From: Candidatus Binatia bacterium
GTDB lineage: Bacteria; Desulfobacterota; Binatia; HRBIN30
DNA length: 64,000 nucleotides
Assembly: GCA_038245295.1 (NCBI GenBank)
Contig: JBBRSP010000015.1
Location: 32,001-96,000 of the forward strand
Reading direction: 5' to 3'
The notes under the pieces were generated by a model. It was not told the origin of the DNA, did no database searches, and worked only from the letters and a program-made list of their open reading frames with translations. A program made the translations under genes and the position numbers. Positions 19,633-30,082 of the stretch are shown here, one piece after another; the stretch's first letter is position 1; each line of letters begins with the position of its first letter.

Positions 19633-20115
19633 ATGCGTTCGCCGGACGGGGTCCGAATCATTGCGGTCTTTGAGGCGCTCAAGGGCATAGTCGTGGTCGT
19701 GGTCGGCCTCGGCGTGCTGGCGCTAATCGATCCGACCATGCAGGACGTTGGCGAACAGGTCGTCCAGCACACGCATCTCAATCCGGCTCATCACTACCCA
19801 CGAATCCTCGTCGACGCCATCGACAAGGTCGATGATACACAACTGGCCCTGTTGGCTGGGCTGGCGCTTGCCTACTCGTTGTTGAGATTCGTCGAGGCTT
19901 ACGGCCTTTGGCACCGGCGGCGCTGGGCACAGTGGATCGCCGTGGCCAGCGGTGGCATCTACTTGCCCGCCGAGATCTACGAGCTCAGTACCGGCCTGAC
20001 GTTGGTCAAAGTCGGGGCATTCGCCGTCAACATCGGCATCGTCACCTACATGGTGCACATTTTGTCGGGCTCGCGGCGCGCCCCCCAACTCCCCGACCGA
20101 CCAAGTTCGCCCTAA
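19633..20115 (+). CDS. DUF2127-like membrane protein
   Basis: IAVFEALKG, HLNPAHHYP, RFVEAYGLW..RRWA, YLPAEIYEL. Confidence 0.75.
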   Translation: MRSPDGVRIIAVFEALKGIVVVVVGLGVLALIDPTMQDVGEQVVQHTHLNPAHHYPRILVDAIDKVDDTQLALLAGLALAYSLLRFVEAYGLWHRRRWAQWIAVASGGIYLPAEIYELSTGLTLVKVGAFAVNIGIVTYMVHILSGSRRAPQLPDRPSSP

Positions 20116-20864
20116 CGCGGAAACGCGATGAGGCCGCCACCATCAAGAACGATGGTGTGACCGGTGATCCAGCCTGCATGCTCCGACGATAGGAAGAGCG
20201 CCGCGGCCGCCGTATCGGTCACTTCTCCCAGTCGTTTGAGAGGATACGCCTTGGCAGTCTGTTCGCCGCGTCCGCCCTCCCACAACATCTTGGCAAAGTC
20301 CGTCTTGATCAAACCCGGCGCCAGGGCGTTGACCCGCACACGCGGCGCCAGCTCGGCAGCCAGCTGTTTGGTCATGTGAATCAAGCCGGCCTTGGTCACA
20401 TCGTAAAGACCCAGGGCTTGGTTCGTCTGTAATCCACCCACCGAAGCGATGTTGAGCACGCTGCCGCCGTGCTCTTTCATCCAGGCGCGCCACGCGGACT
20501 GGGTCCACATCAACGGCGCACGCAGGTTGACCTGCACCGTCTTGTCGAAACGCGCTGCATCGGCGTCGATCAACGGGCCGGCGTAGGGATTGGTGGCAGC
20601 ATTGTTGACCAGGATGTCGAGGCGACCGAACTCTTGGAGTGCAAACTGCACTGCGGCTTCGCCGTGAGCGACGTCACAGACGTTGCCGGCACAGACGCGC
20701 ACGGCGGAGCCGATCTCGGCGGCGGTCCTTTCCAACTCGTCCACTTTCCGTCCTGTGATGACGACGCGTGCGCCGCTCTCGACGAAGGCCCGGGCGATTC
20801 CCTTGCCGATGCCGCGCGATCCACCGGTGATCAGCGCTACCTTACCGTCGAGTCGAAAATCCAT
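20112..20864 (-). CDS. Short-chain dehydrogenase/reductase (classical SDR)
   Basis: TGGSRGIG, LVNNAATNP, YDVTK, RVNALAPG. Confidence 0.9.
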   Translation of the reverse strand: MDFRLDGKVALITGGSRGIGKGIARAFVESGARVVITGRKVDELERTAAEIGSAVRVCAGNVCDVAHGEAAVQFALQEFGRLDILVNNAATNPYAGPLIDADAARFDKTVQVNLRAPLMWTQSAWRAWMKEHGGSVLNIASVGGLQTNQALGLYDVTKAGLIHMTKQLAAELAPRVRVNALAPGLIKTDFAKMLWEGGRGEQTAKAYPLKRLGEVTDTAAAALFLSSEHAGWITGHTIVLDGGGLIAFPR

Positions 20865-20868
20865 CGTC

Positions 20869-22560
20869 TCACTCCCCGCGTTGCTCGATCTTGGCCCACG
20901 TATCTTTCAGGGTAACGGTGCGGTTGAACACCAGCTTACCAGCCGCCGCCGCCTTCGAATCGACGCAGAAATAACCGAGACGCTCGAACTGAAAGCGACT
21001 TTCGGCCGTGGCATCCTTGAGGCTTGGCTCGAGCATGGCCCCTTCGATCACCTCGAGAGACTTCGGATTGAGGTTCTCGCGGTAATCCTTCCCATCTTTC
21101 CCGCCGCCAGGATTCTCGACATTAAACAGACGATCGTAGAGCCGCACCTCGGCGCGGAGGGCGTGCGCCGCCGACACCCAATGGATCGTGCTCTTGACCT
21201 TGCGCCCATCCGGCACGTTGCCGCCACGTGTCGCCGGATCATAAGTGCAGCGCAGCTCGGTGATCTCGCCGCGGTCATTCTTGACGACACCGGTGCACGT
21301 AATGAGATAGCCGTACCGGAGACGCACCTCTCGCCCCGGGCTCAAGCGGAAGTACTTCTTCGGAGGGTCTTCGCGGAAATCGTCCTGCTCGATGTAGAGG
21401 ATCTTGGAAAACGGCACCGTACGCGAACCGGCGGCTGGATCCTCCGGATTATTGACCGCATCCATGTGCTCGACCTGCTCGTCGGGATAGTTCTCGATGA
21501 CGACCCTGAGAGGCTGCAAGACCGCCATCACCCGCGGTGCGCGGCGGTTGAGATCTTCGCGAATGCAGTACTCGAACATCCCGAGATCGACGACGCTGGC
21601 GCGTTTCGCCATGCCGACACGCAACGCCAGATCGCGAATCGCCTCGGGCGTAACGCCGCGACGACGCAGACCAACCAGCGTCGGCATACGCGGGTCATCC
21701 CACCCGTCGACGTGTTTCTCTGTGACCAATTGCAAAAGCTTGCGTTTGCTCATCATCGTGTAGCTGAGGTTGAGGCGAGCAAACTCGATCTGCTGCGGGT
21801 GACAAGGCGTTTCGAGGACGTCGAGGATCCAGTCGTAAAGCGGCCGGTGATCTTCGAACTCCAACGTACAAAGAGAGTGCGTGATGCCTTCGATCATATC
21901 GGACAACGCATGCGCGAAGTCGTACATCGGATAGATGCACCAATGATTGCCGGTGCGATGGTGCTCGGCTTTCTTGACGCGATAGATGACCGGGTCGCGC
22001 ATGTTCAGGTTGGGCGAGGCCATGTCGATGTTGGCGCGTAGGGTGCGCCCACCTTCGGCAAACTCGCCGGCTCGCATGCGAGCGAAGAGGTCGAGGTTCT
22101 CCTCGACACTACGCTCACGGAATGGACTATTCCTGCCAGGCTCGGTCAGGGTCCCGCGATACTCGCGTGTTTCGTCCGGCGAGAGATCACAAACGTAGGC
22201 CTTGCCGCGACGGATGAGTTCGACGGCGTAATCATGCAACCGCTCGAAGTAGTCGGAGGCGTAGAATAACTTGTCGCCCCAGTCGAAGCCGAGCCAGCGG
22301 ATGCTGTCCATGATGCCGTCGACATACTCCACCTCCTCCTTCTCGGGGTTGGTATCGTCGAAGCGCAGGTGGCAGACGCCCTGGAACTCCTGGGCGACGC
22401 CGAAATTGAGACAAATCGATTTAGCGTGACCGATGTGCAGGTAGCCATTCGGCTCGGGAGGGAAACGCGTTACGACGCGACCATCGTTCTTCCCGGCGGC
22501 ACGGTCGGCTTTGATGATGTCGCGAATGAAGTCGCTCGGGGTAGGTGTGGTCTCGCTCAT
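20869..22560 (-). CDS. glnS: Glutamine--tRNA ligase
   Basis: [38 protein letters not shown]; start at MSETT with AGGA RBS. Confidence 0.96.
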   Translation of the reverse strand: MSETTPTPSDFIRDIIKADRAAGKNDGRVVTRFPPEPNGYLHIGHAKSICLNFGVAQEFQGVCHLRFDDTNPEKEEVEYVDGIMDSIRWLGFDWGDKLFYASDYFERLHDYAVELIRRGKAYVCDLSPDETREYRGTLTEPGRNSPFRERSVEENLDLFARMRAGEFAEGGRTLRANIDMASPNLNMRDPVIYRVKKAEHHRTGNHWCIYPMYDFAHALSDMIEGITHSLCTLEFEDHRPLYDWILDVLETPCHPQQIEFARLNLSYTMMSKRKLLQLVTEKHVDGWDDPRMPTLVGLRRRGVTPEAIRDLALRVGMAKRASVVDLGMFEYCIREDLNRRAPRVMAVLQPLRVVIENYPDEQVEHMDAVNNPEDPAAGSRTVPFSKILYIEQDDFREDPPKKYFRLSPGREVRLRYGYLITCTGVVKNDRGEITELRCTYDPATRGGNVPDGRKVKSTIHWVSAAHALRAEVRLYDRLFNVENPGGGKDGKDYRENLNPKSLEVIEGAMLEPSLKDATAESRFQFERLGYFCVDSKAAAAGKLVFNRTVTLKDTWAKIEQRGE

Positions 22561-22715
22561 GAACAGTTTCCTCCGCGTGTGAATCCCAGCTCCAACCGAG
22601 CGTAAGTAGGGTGCGGCCGCGCGGAGGTCAATCGCCTGTCGAATCCGCCAGGTGTTCCATTCGAAGCGGAATCCAGACCGGGGGGCTGGCTCCAAACGCC
22701 TTCTTGAGTTTTCTT

Positions 22716-22798
22716 GCCTGAGCCCTGGCCTCTGCCCAAGCCTTCAGCCTGAGCCGGACGAGGCATAGGCAAGGCATAGGCTCAGGCTCAGGCTGAGG
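22716..22798. repeat. Opposed arrays of degenerate GGCNNR hexamers forming an imperfect palindrome
   Basis: Left arm is GCCTGA/GCCCTG/GCCTCT...; right arm is GGCATA/GGCTCA/GGCTGA; TCAGCCTGAGCC (22744-55) is the exact reverse complement of 22785-96. Confidence 0.6.
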
Positions 22799-22839
22799 AC
22801 CAGCTGGATTTGCGTCGACGAGTCTGCCATCGGGGACCG

Positions 22840-23619
22840 ATGAGCCATATCCGCAGCGACGATCATGAAGAGGGTGTACGCGTCCTGACATTCACCAGCC
22901 CGCCGGCCAATGCAATCAACGAAGGTTTGCTGGCCGCCCTCGAAGCCGAGCTCGATCGCGCCGAAGCGGACCGCAGCGTGCGCGCCGTCGTGCTGGCGGG
23001 CTCGGGTGGTTTTTACTGCGCCGGTTTTGACTTTGCGGCGCCGCAACGCGGTGGCGCCGAAGCGGCCAATCTGGCGCGGCTCTATCACCGCGCCCATCTG
23101 AAGTTACTGACCTTGCCGAAGCCAACGATTGCGATGATGAACGGCCACGCCATCGCCGGTGGGCTCGTGCTTGTCCTTGCCTGCGACTATCGCCTCGGGC
23201 TCGAAGGTGACTACAAGGTCGGCTTCACCGAAGTCATGGTCGGCGCCTCATTCCCCAAAGTCGCCATGGAGATCGTGCAGTTGCGCCTGCCACACGCGCG
23301 CGCCTGCGAGCTCATTCTCGGCGCCGCAACCTATCCGGCCAGTCAAGCGCTGCGTCTCGGTATCGTCGACGAGCTGATTGCGCCCGAAAAGTTCGACGCA
23401 ACCGTGTTGCGGCGTGCCGCACGGTTGGCCGGTATGCCGCGCGATGCGTTCGTGCATGCGAAGGCGGCACTGTTGGCGCCGGCCGTAACGCGCATCGGGG
23501 CCGAAACCCCGGATGAAGTACGCCAAGGCCTGGCGGTGTGGACGAGCCCGGAAAGTCGCCAGGCACGCCGGCGCCTGCGCGAGAAGCTCGGCATCCCCCA
23601 CAGCGAAGCCGGCGACTAG
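22840..23619 (+). CDS. Enoyl-CoA hydratase/isomerase (crotonase) family protein
   Basis: PPANAI, YCAGFD, PKPTIAMMNGHAIAGG..L.LACDYR. Confidence 0.88.
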   Translation: MSHIRSDDHEEGVRVLTFTSPPANAINEGLLAALEAELDRAEADRSVRAVVLAGSGGFYCAGFDFAAPQRGGAEAANLARLYHRAHLKLLTLPKPTIAMMNGHAIAGGLVLVLACDYRLGLEGDYKVGFTEVMVGASFPKVAMEIVQLRLPHARACELILGAATYPASQALRLGIVDELIAPEKFDATVLRRAARLAGMPRDAFVHAKAALLAPAVTRIGAETPDEVRQGLAVWTSPESRQARRRLREKLGIPHSEAGD

Positions 23620-23655
23620 CTGAAGCCGACCTACCGGTCCGGCAATGTTGCGAGA

Positions 23656-24567
23656 TCAGCGCAGCTTCGGCTTTGACAACGTACCAGTGATGGTGAGCGG
23701 GGTATCCGGCTTGGCGCCGGCGGGGCGCGGGATCAACATGAGAGCGCCCTTGAGAGCGTCCGGCGTTTCCGGTGTTGCCGTGATGGTCGCGCGCAAGCTG
23801 AGAACGCTTTCGCCGACCGGGTCCTTCAGGACAATTTGTCCCGAACCCTGAATGTTGAGATCGCCGTTGGCTACCGTGTCCTGCAATTCCAAACGGCCCG
23901 TGCCGATCTTGAACTTCGTGCGCGTCTCTTTGAGCTTCACGTCGGGCACGGCGAAGCCCTGAATCTTGGCGTGGCTGAGACCACCCCCGTCGATCCGGAT
24001 GTCACCCGAGCCACCGCCCTGGGCAAACCCCGCGCCCTTGGCCTCGAACGTCAGTTGTCCGGACACCTTGCCGTTGATTTGCCCCTCTTCGAGATTCGCG
24101 GCCAGAGTCCTGTACTTCCCGAGCGCCAGATCGCTCCAGCTGAAGTTGCCGGACACGGCACCCTGGGAGACGATGACCTGGCCATCCAGCTGACCGCCAT
24201 AGAGGTCGCCGGAAATCGACAGAGCGGAGAAGTTGCCGCGGATCCATTGGCTGAAGGCCGGGCGCACCGACAAACGGCTGATCTCGAGGACTGGAACCGG
24301 AGGATCGCTACCGGTTGGCACCAGCTTGATCCCGGCGATCTCGTAGCCGCGCAAACCCAGGCCGGCGCTGGAAAATTCCATGGTCACCGGACCACCGCTG
24401 AGGACGTGCGTCGCTTGTCGGATGATCAGTTCGTGCGGGAAGGTGATGACCAGAAAGGCGACGAACAGCGTCGCCGTGTACGCGACGTACAGCCACAGCG
24501 TGCGATTGGCGAAGGCGCCCAGCCAACCGAAGGACAGACGCGGTATTGCCAGACGAGGCATCTGCAT
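23656..24567 (-). CDS. gspN: Type II secretion system protein N
   Basis: N-terminal TM ending TFP; beta-rich body; ends ITGTLSKPKLR; last gene of the gsp cluster. Confidence 0.75.
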   Translation of the reverse strand: MQMPRLAIPRLSFGWLGAFANRTLWLYVAYTATLFVAFLVITFPHELIIRQATHVLSGGPVTMEFSSAGLGLRGYEIAGIKLVPTGSDPPVPVLEISRLSVRPAFSQWIRGNFSALSISGDLYGGQLDGQVIVSQGAVSGNFSWSDLALGKYRTLAANLEEGQINGKVSGQLTFEAKGAGFAQGGGSGDIRIDGGGLSHAKIQGFAVPDVKLKETRTKFKIGTGRLELQDTVANGDLNIQGSGQIVLKDPVGESVLSLRATITATPETPDALKGALMLIPRPAGAKPDTPLTITGTLSKPKLR

Positions 24568-25160
24568 CAGGCTCCCCCGCCCTGTTTGGCATCGATCGGC
24601 TTGTCAGTCGACTTCAGCACGGCGACACTGGCGTTGACGTCGAAGCTGTGAGGCTCATTGAAGCGTTTCTTGATGACGATGCGGCTGAAGTGGAGCGGGT
24701 GCTCGCCCTTCTCCACCTTGAACATCAGATCGGCGATCTGCGGCAGGGTTATGGCGGTGAGCTTAATATCGACCAGCTCTTCTTGAAATTCCGGCGCCTC
24801 GGGCCGCGGCTTGGTCGTCGGGTTCATCGAAGCGATCTTGTCCTTGGTAACAACCTGACCAATGACGGCTTGCAGATACTTGAGGATGTTGAAGTTCGGA
24901 TCGACGTCGGCAATCGTCTGCATGGCCTCGAGCTCGCGCAACAACTCGAGATAGTTGTCGTGCAAGCGCTGCACCTCGGTGAGGTCTTTCTCGCGTTGGG
25001 CAATCTTTTTCGTGAGCTGCTCGCCGCTCACAACCAGCGGATCCCAGACGAAACTGTAGCCGCCGATCAGGATGACACTGAGCAGGGCCAGGCCGAGCAG
25101 AAGACGCTCGCGCGGCGCCAGTCGATCGTAGTAACCGAGGAGGGGCGCAAGAAAGTTCAT
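24567..25160 (-). CDS. gspM: Type II secretion system protein M
   Basis: LAPRERLLL + TM + coiled coil + ferredoxin-like end; position after gspL. Confidence 0.78.
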   Translation of the reverse strand: MNFLAPLLGYYDRLAPRERLLLGLALLSVILIGGYSFVWDPLVVSGEQLTKKIAQREKDLTEVQRLHDNYLELLRELEAMQTIADVDPNFNILKYLQAVIGQVVTKDKIASMNPTTKPRPEAPEFQEELVDIKLTAITLPQIADLMFKVEKGEHPLHFSRIVIKKRFNEPHSFDVNASVAVLKSTDKPIDAKQGGGA

Positions 25161-26677
25161 TAGCGTGCCTGCTGCACCTTCTGGCCGCTGTTGCTCTTCA
25201 GCGTCACGATGATGCGGAAATCGACCTTGCCGTCTTGCGCCGACTTGATGTCGCGCACCTGAACCTCATCGAAGTATTTCGCCGCCAGGATGGCCTCGCG
25301 GATCGCGTTTGGCGTTTCCAACGTGTCGGTGCGCGCCTTCATCTTGATGTCTTCGGTGTCCATCACGTACTCGTCGACCTCGAGCCGTAGGCTATCGGGT
25401 ATCGCCGTGCTCAAGGTGCGTAGGGCATCGATGGCCGTCGTGCCGCTCGGCGGCGCGACGCTGCGCAGCAGCTTCAGTCGTTTTTCGGCGGAGGTAATTT
25501 CATCCTGCATCTGGCGGCGTTCGTCATTGACGCGTTTGATGTCGGGCAACGTCGCGGTAAACACCTTTCGGATTTCGCGGTTCACCAGCTCCAGACGGTT
25601 GGACACCAACTGGTAACGCATGAAAGCGCTGGTAATGAACAGCGTCAGTGCCAGAACTCCAAGGCCGCCGGTGAACCACAGCTTTCGTCGCACTTCCTCG
25701 GCGCCGCGATGATACGCAAACTCGCCTTGGCGGAAGTTGAGCCCAAGAGTGTCCGGATTATTCACTTCACGCAGCGCCAGCCCCAGGGGCCCGACAAACG
25801 GCGCCATCTCGGCCCGTAGCTCGGCCGAGATCGTCTTCATCGGCGCCTGCTCGAGGCGACGCACCACCAACCCGAGCCCGTCGTGCAGTTGTTGCCCGAG
25901 GGCAGCGAAATGTGGCCCGTCGCCGGCGATGATGCACGGCATGTCGTCATCCAGGGGCGCTCCGTTGAGCGCCATCAGCGTCCAACGAATGTCGCGTACG
26001 AGATCGACGATCTGATCGGCGTGTACGGTGTCGCTGCCGTTGTGTGCGACCGCCGCTTCCGGATCCGAACCATTCTTATGCGCCAGGGGCACAATGGTGC
26101 GCACACCGACAAGTTGTCGATTGCGGTACAGGGCGACCTCGGTGTGGCCTGGTGTGCCGCCCAGATAAACAAACGTCTCCGGGCAATCGGGCCCCAGGAG
26201 CTGTAGGACATTGAGCGCCGCAACCGGGGCAAGATCGATAACCTTGGGGTCGAGCCCCGCCTCGGTCATCGTCGCCAGCAACTTCTCCAGATGCCCGCGT
26301 TGCACCATCGCGGCAAGCACCGAGCTGCCGGACTTATCGCGATGTAAGACGTGGTAGCTGACAATGCCTTCGTCGAGGCCGAACGGCACCTGGGTCTCGA
26401 GCTCGAATGGGACGGTTTGATCGAGGCGTTTACGATCTCGGAACGGCAGGAAGAAGGTACGCAGGGTGACCTGATCACCCGGCAGGGCGGTCAACACAAC
26501 CGACGATCCAAGCTGGTTCTTGTCAATGAACGTGCGCAATTGGTCGCCCAGAGCGATGGCATGGTCACGCGGCTCGCGGAAAAAGCCCAAGAGCTTGTAA
26601 TCGCGGTAAGAAGTCTCGAGCAGCGCCGCCTTTAGCTCAGCCGGCTCGATCTCAAGCGCAAGGACTCGTTGAGGCAT
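25160..26677 (-). CDS. gspL: Type II secretion system protein L (PilM-like cytoplasmic domain + TM + periplasmic domain)
   Basis: LPFRDRKRLDQTVPFELETQVPF; GLALR...LNFRQGEF then TM. Confidence 0.82.
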   Translation of the reverse strand: MPQRVLALEIEPAELKAALLETSYRDYKLLGFFREPRDHAIALGDQLRTFIDKNQLGSSVVLTALPGDQVTLRTFFLPFRDRKRLDQTVPFELETQVPFGLDEGIVSYHVLHRDKSGSSVLAAMVQRGHLEKLLATMTEAGLDPKVIDLAPVAALNVLQLLGPDCPETFVYLGGTPGHTEVALYRNRQLVGVRTIVPLAHKNGSDPEAAVAHNGSDTVHADQIVDLVRDIRWTLMALNGAPLDDDMPCIIAGDGPHFAALGQQLHDGLGLVVRRLEQAPMKTISAELRAEMAPFVGPLGLALREVNNPDTLGLNFRQGEFAYHRGAEEVRRKLWFTGGLGVLALTLFITSAFMRYQLVSNRLELVNREIRKVFTATLPDIKRVNDERRQMQDEITSAEKRLKLLRSVAPPSGTTAIDALRTLSTAIPDSLRLEVDEYVMDTEDIKMKARTDTLETPNAIREAILAAKYFDEVQVRDIKSAQDGKVDFRIIVTLKSNSGQKVQQAR

Positions 26678-26698
26678 ACGGTTCGCGTAACTCCGCTT

Positions 26699-27883
26699 CT
26701 ACTCTAACTCTTCGGAGCTGCCGTCAGTAGCAGCTTCAACCTCAGGGCGAAACAGGGCCGCGCCACCTTCCTTGAGCCAGTTGATACGACTGATACGCCA
26801 TTGCGGTGGGCTACCGGCAGGTCGGGCAACGGGTGCCGGGAAGCGCCCGACGAGCATCTCGGCAGAACGCGCCACGCCGCCGCGACCGGTCACCGGATCA
26901 ACATTCACAATCGCGCTGGCGCGGATGCGGTAGTACTTGCTGACTAATGCCAGCCCTCCGGCCGGAGGCTTCTTGGTTCCTGCCGCGCTGGAGCCTGAGC
27001 CACCGGCGGTGGGCAAGGTCTTCTGCGGCGCCGCCTCGCGCGCGGAGATGTAGCTGTCGATATCCGCATCACCGTCAAACCAGGCGGAGAGAAGTTCCGG
27101 CGGTGCGGTATTGGCGTTGACACTGCGCTGGAAGATCGCGCCGGTTGTTGGCAGCGCCGTCAAGACACGGCGCAAGCGCCGCAGCTCGGCGGTTGTAATC
27201 CCACCCGGCAATCGGGTCAGATCGTCCAGAGACAAGAAATTGTAGGCGTCGATCTTCTGAATTTGGGTTCCCGGTGAAACCGAGGGCGAGGGTCCCGGCG
27301 ACGGCACTCCAGCCGTCGCCCCGTCCGGCCAGACGATAGTGCATTTGGCGATCCAGTAGTCGCGGATCGCTTCAATGCGGTCCTCGCTAATGCCGCGCGA
27401 CTGCATGAGGTTGCCCAGCACATCCGTCCATTGTTCATTCAACTGACCGGGCTTGGCCGGATCGCGTTTCGTTTTCATGGCAGCGCATTGCAGGGCGTTT
27501 TGCGGCCGCGTCATGTTGATATTGAGCTTGCCGCCCTCGTCGAAGATTTCGACGCGCAGACGCATGTTCGGTGGCAAGACGATCTGACTGTTCGTCTCAT
27601 CGAGACGGCACGACTCGCCGCGACGCGCAACTTGCGGACACCATTCTTCGGCGAATGAATCGACCGTCGGATCAATATCCTTCAACAGAAACGCCTCGCC
27701 CAGAGCGATGCCGGAGCGGGCCATCAACGAAGCCTGTAACCCGTGCAGGGAGTTGCGCGTCATGCGCGTATCCACCTCGGCGGTGAAGAAGAACTCCATG
27801 ACGGTGACGGTCAGCAGAGCGGTGATGAGAAGCGCTATGATCAGCTCCACACCGCGTTCATTTTTCATCGGCGTGCTCATCAC
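26699..27883 (-). CDS. gspK: Type II secretion minor pseudopilin K
   Basis: ERG/VELIIALL prepilin-like site; DEGGKLNIN; VNANTAPPELL. Confidence 0.85.
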   Translation of the reverse strand: MMSTPMKNERGVELIIALLITALLTVTVMEFFFTAEVDTRMTRNSLHGLQASLMARSGIALGEAFLLKDIDPTVDSFAEEWCPQVARRGESCRLDETNSQIVLPPNMRLRVEIFDEGGKLNINMTRPQNALQCAAMKTKRDPAKPGQLNEQWTDVLGNLMQSRGISEDRIEAIRDYWIAKCTIVWPDGATAGVPSPGPSPSVSPGTQIQKIDAYNFLSLDDLTRLPGGITTAELRRLRRVLTALPTTGAIFQRSVNANTAPPELLSAWFDGDADIDSYISAREAAPQKTLPTAGGSGSSAAGTKKPPAGGLALVSKYYRIRASAIVNVDPVTGRGGVARSAEMLVGRFPAPVARPAGSPPQWRISRINWLKEGGAALFRPEVEAATDGSSEELE

Positions 27884-28626
27884 TGCACCGGCGTTGGTGT
27901 TTGCGGCGGCTCGGAGAGCGGCAGGTCGACGCGCGTGCTGAAGTCATGCAGGCCGCCGTTGCTGTCGGCTAGAAAAATGGTGATCTCGACAATCCCAGGG
28001 AGCCCCTTCACGAGTTTGCCTGGTTGCACATCGGTTGTGTCCCAGGAATTGACGAAACCACCAGTTTCAGGATCGAGGTAGCGCAACCGCAGGGCGGCCA
28101 CTTCATCGAGCAGGTAGGCGTGCAAATCTTCCTGCGCCGTCGTTCCATCCCCAGCCCCGCTGCTGCCGGAGTCGTCGACCACCGTACCGTCGACGCCGGG
28201 TGTGACGAGACTTTCCGATCGCAGCAAGGCAAACACGTTGTTGCGGTCCTTTACCGGATCAAGTTGATAGATCACCTTGGCGCGCCCGCCGGTTCGATGT
28301 GTGCCGCTGAGGTCGCGTCGCACGTCCATAAAGAAGAGAACGGCGTCGTTCGGGGATTGGCCTTGCCCGGGCGCGCCGACAAAGTAGACTCCACCGCCCG
28401 CTTTGGGTGGCAGGGCCCGTTCCAGATCATCAGCCATCTGCAAAACCGCTTCGCGGCCGGCGGCGTAAAGGTCGGCGTGTTCTTCGGCGCGGTTTTTATC
28501 CTTCAGCGTGCGTGTCATCACCGAATACACCGTGGTCAGCACGATGCTGAGAATCGCTACGGCGACCAGCACCTCGAGGAGGGTGAAGCCACGCTGTGTG
28601 CTCTCAGGCCGTCGCGCCGCGGACAA
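27880..28626 (-). CDS. gspJ: Type II secretion minor pseudopilin J
   Basis: RG/FTLLEVLVAVAIL N-methylation motif; ends LPGIVEITI; start uncertain (TTG at 28626; ORF open to 28683). Confidence 0.82.
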   Translation of the reverse strand: MSAARRPESTQRGFTLLEVLVAVAILSIVLTTVYSVMTRTLKDKNRAEEHADLYAAGREAVLQMADDLERALPPKAGGGVYFVGAPGQGQSPNDAVLFFMDVRRDLSGTHRTGGRAKVIYQLDPVKDRNNVFALLRSESLVTPGVDGTVVDDSGSSGAGDGTTAQEDLHAYLLDEVAALRLRYLDPETGGFVNSWDTTDVQPGKLVKGLPGIVEITIFLADSNGGLHDFSTRVDLPLSEPPQTPTPVQ

Positions 28627-28993
28627 AAAACACCACCTCGCAGGCAGACGGATTGCGGGGATCGAAGACGATTCGCAAGACAACCTCGCGCATATCTTCG
28701 AGTCCCGTGGACATCACCTGAGTCTCGTACGAAAAACCCGGAAAACCATCGATCGCCCCCGACTCATCGCCAAGAGCTTGCACTCCCTGCGACAGAACCC
28801 GGTACTGAATCTCGCTCGACTTCTCGCGCGCGAACAACGTCGCCAGGGTCAGATTCTGGTTCGTGGCAATGTATTTGATGTTACGCGCCTGAGCCCCGAG
28901 CAGCGTCACGAACGCGATGGCGATCACCGCCAGGGCGATGAGCACTTCGAGAAGCGTGAAGCCGCGATCGCGGCGATTCAAAGGGGGGCGCAT
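28604..28993 (-). CDS. gspI: Type II secretion minor pseudopilin I
   Basis: RG/FTLLEVLIALAVIAIA; 129 aa; position between H and J. Confidence 0.85.
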   Translation of the reverse strand: MRPPLNRRDRGFTLLEVLIALAVIAIAFVTLLGAQARNIKYIATNQNLTLATLFAREKSSEIQYRVLSQGVQALGDESGAIDGFPGFSYETQVMSTGLEDMREVVLRIVFDPRNPSACEVVFFVRGATA

Positions 28994-29044
28994 CTGTCTC
29001 GAATTTCCTTGTTGGGCGGCCGGCGGCGTAAAGAGCACCAGCGG

Positions 29045-29617
29045 TCAACCACCGTAGGCTACATCATGGTATCCGGGCTGATTCTTCAACTTGCTGCTGC
29101 CGAGGCTGACCCAAAGCGTAACCGCCTCACGCGGGCTGGCCAGGTGAATGACGGTCGGGTCAACCGTGCCGTCGGGGTAGAAGACGGTATAGATCTGTCC
29201 CTGCGCCACTTTCCCTACCGATAGCGGCAGGCTCACATCAACAAGGCGGATCTGACCGTTCAGCTTGGTACCGCTGGCCAACGAGCCAATATCGGCGGCA
29301 AACTTGGCGAGATCGACGTTTCCCGCACCCGTATCATGCGGGCTGACCCAGTAGCGTTGTTGGTCAAAATCGTAATTCAGCCGGTATCCGACGCCGCCCA
29401 GGACGGCTTCACTCCGCAACAGTTTGAACGCCAACTGAAGCCGATGTGATTGTGCACCCAGCTCAGCCCGACCCGGATCACGAAGCTTTGGCACCACCAT
29501 CGCCAGCACCACGCCGACGATCAGAATCACCAAGGAGATCTCAATAAGGGTAAAGCCCCGCTGATCGCTTCGCCTCCTGGATGTGGTTGGGTTAGGCGCG
29601 GTTGTCGATATCGCCAT
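29045..29617 (-). CDS. gspH: Type II secretion minor pseudopilin H
   Basis: RG/FTLIEISLVILIVG; FYPDGT motif; overlaps the end of gspG. Confidence 0.82.
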   Translation of the reverse strand: MAISTTAPNPTTSRRRSDQRGFTLIEISLVILIVGVVLAMVVPKLRDPGRAELGAQSHRLQLAFKLLRSEAVLGGVGYRLNYDFDQQRYWVSPHDTGAGNVDLAKFAADIGSLASGTKLNGQIRLVDVSLPLSVGKVAQGQIYTVFYPDGTVDPTVIHLASPREAVTLWVSLGSSKLKNQPGYHDVAYGG

Positions 29618-30005
29618 TCTTCCCTTCGCCGCCCTCCTGGCCGTCGGCGCCATAGGATTTGATCACAACCTCGGAACCGTCGCTGAAGTAGGCGTAAGGA
29701 TTGCCCCAGGGATCGACCGGCACCTTGTCGAGATAACCGTCTGGGTTGAAGTTACGGGCATTCGCCGGGCGTTGGACGAGGGCGTTGATGCCATCGGCGG
29801 TGCTTGGGTAAAAGCCGTTATCCAGCTTGAACATGTTGAGGGCTTGCTCGATCGCCTTGACGTCGGCGCCGGCTTTGACGCGGCGCGCGTCGTCGGTTCG
29901 GCCGATGATCTTCGGCGCCACCAGGGTCACCAGGAGGCCGAGGATGAACACCACCACCATGATCTCAATCAACGTAAATCCTGCAGTGCTGCGTAGACGT
30001 CGCAC
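29592..30005 (-). CDS. gspG: Type II secretion major pseudopilin G
   Basis: AG/FTLIEIMVVV, LDNGFYPST, PVDPWGNPY, SYGADGQEGGEG; GTG start with AAGGAG RBS. Confidence 0.95.
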   Translation of the reverse strand: MRRLRSTAGFTLIEIMVVVFILGLLVTLVAPKIIGRTDDARRVKAGADVKAIEQALNMFKLDNGFYPSTADGINALVQRPANARNFNPDGYLDKVPVDPWGNPYAYFSDGSEVVIKSYGADGQEGGEGKNGDIDNRA

Positions 30006-30082
30006 GGTAGACTCCTTCTCAATTTCGCTGCAATACGGCGACGGTACCACCGGCATATCGTCAATTCAATTCGCTCACCCGG

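Noticed and set aside
20683..22041. 452-aa plus-strand ORF, and similar long antisense ORFs at 13541-14671, 41180-42535 and 53482-54774
   Set aside because: They mirror well-supported genes on the opposite strand, have no motifs, and are expected in high-GC DNA.
22716..22798. CRISPR-like array
   Set aside because: Units are 6 bp with no unique spacers, and no cas genes are present.
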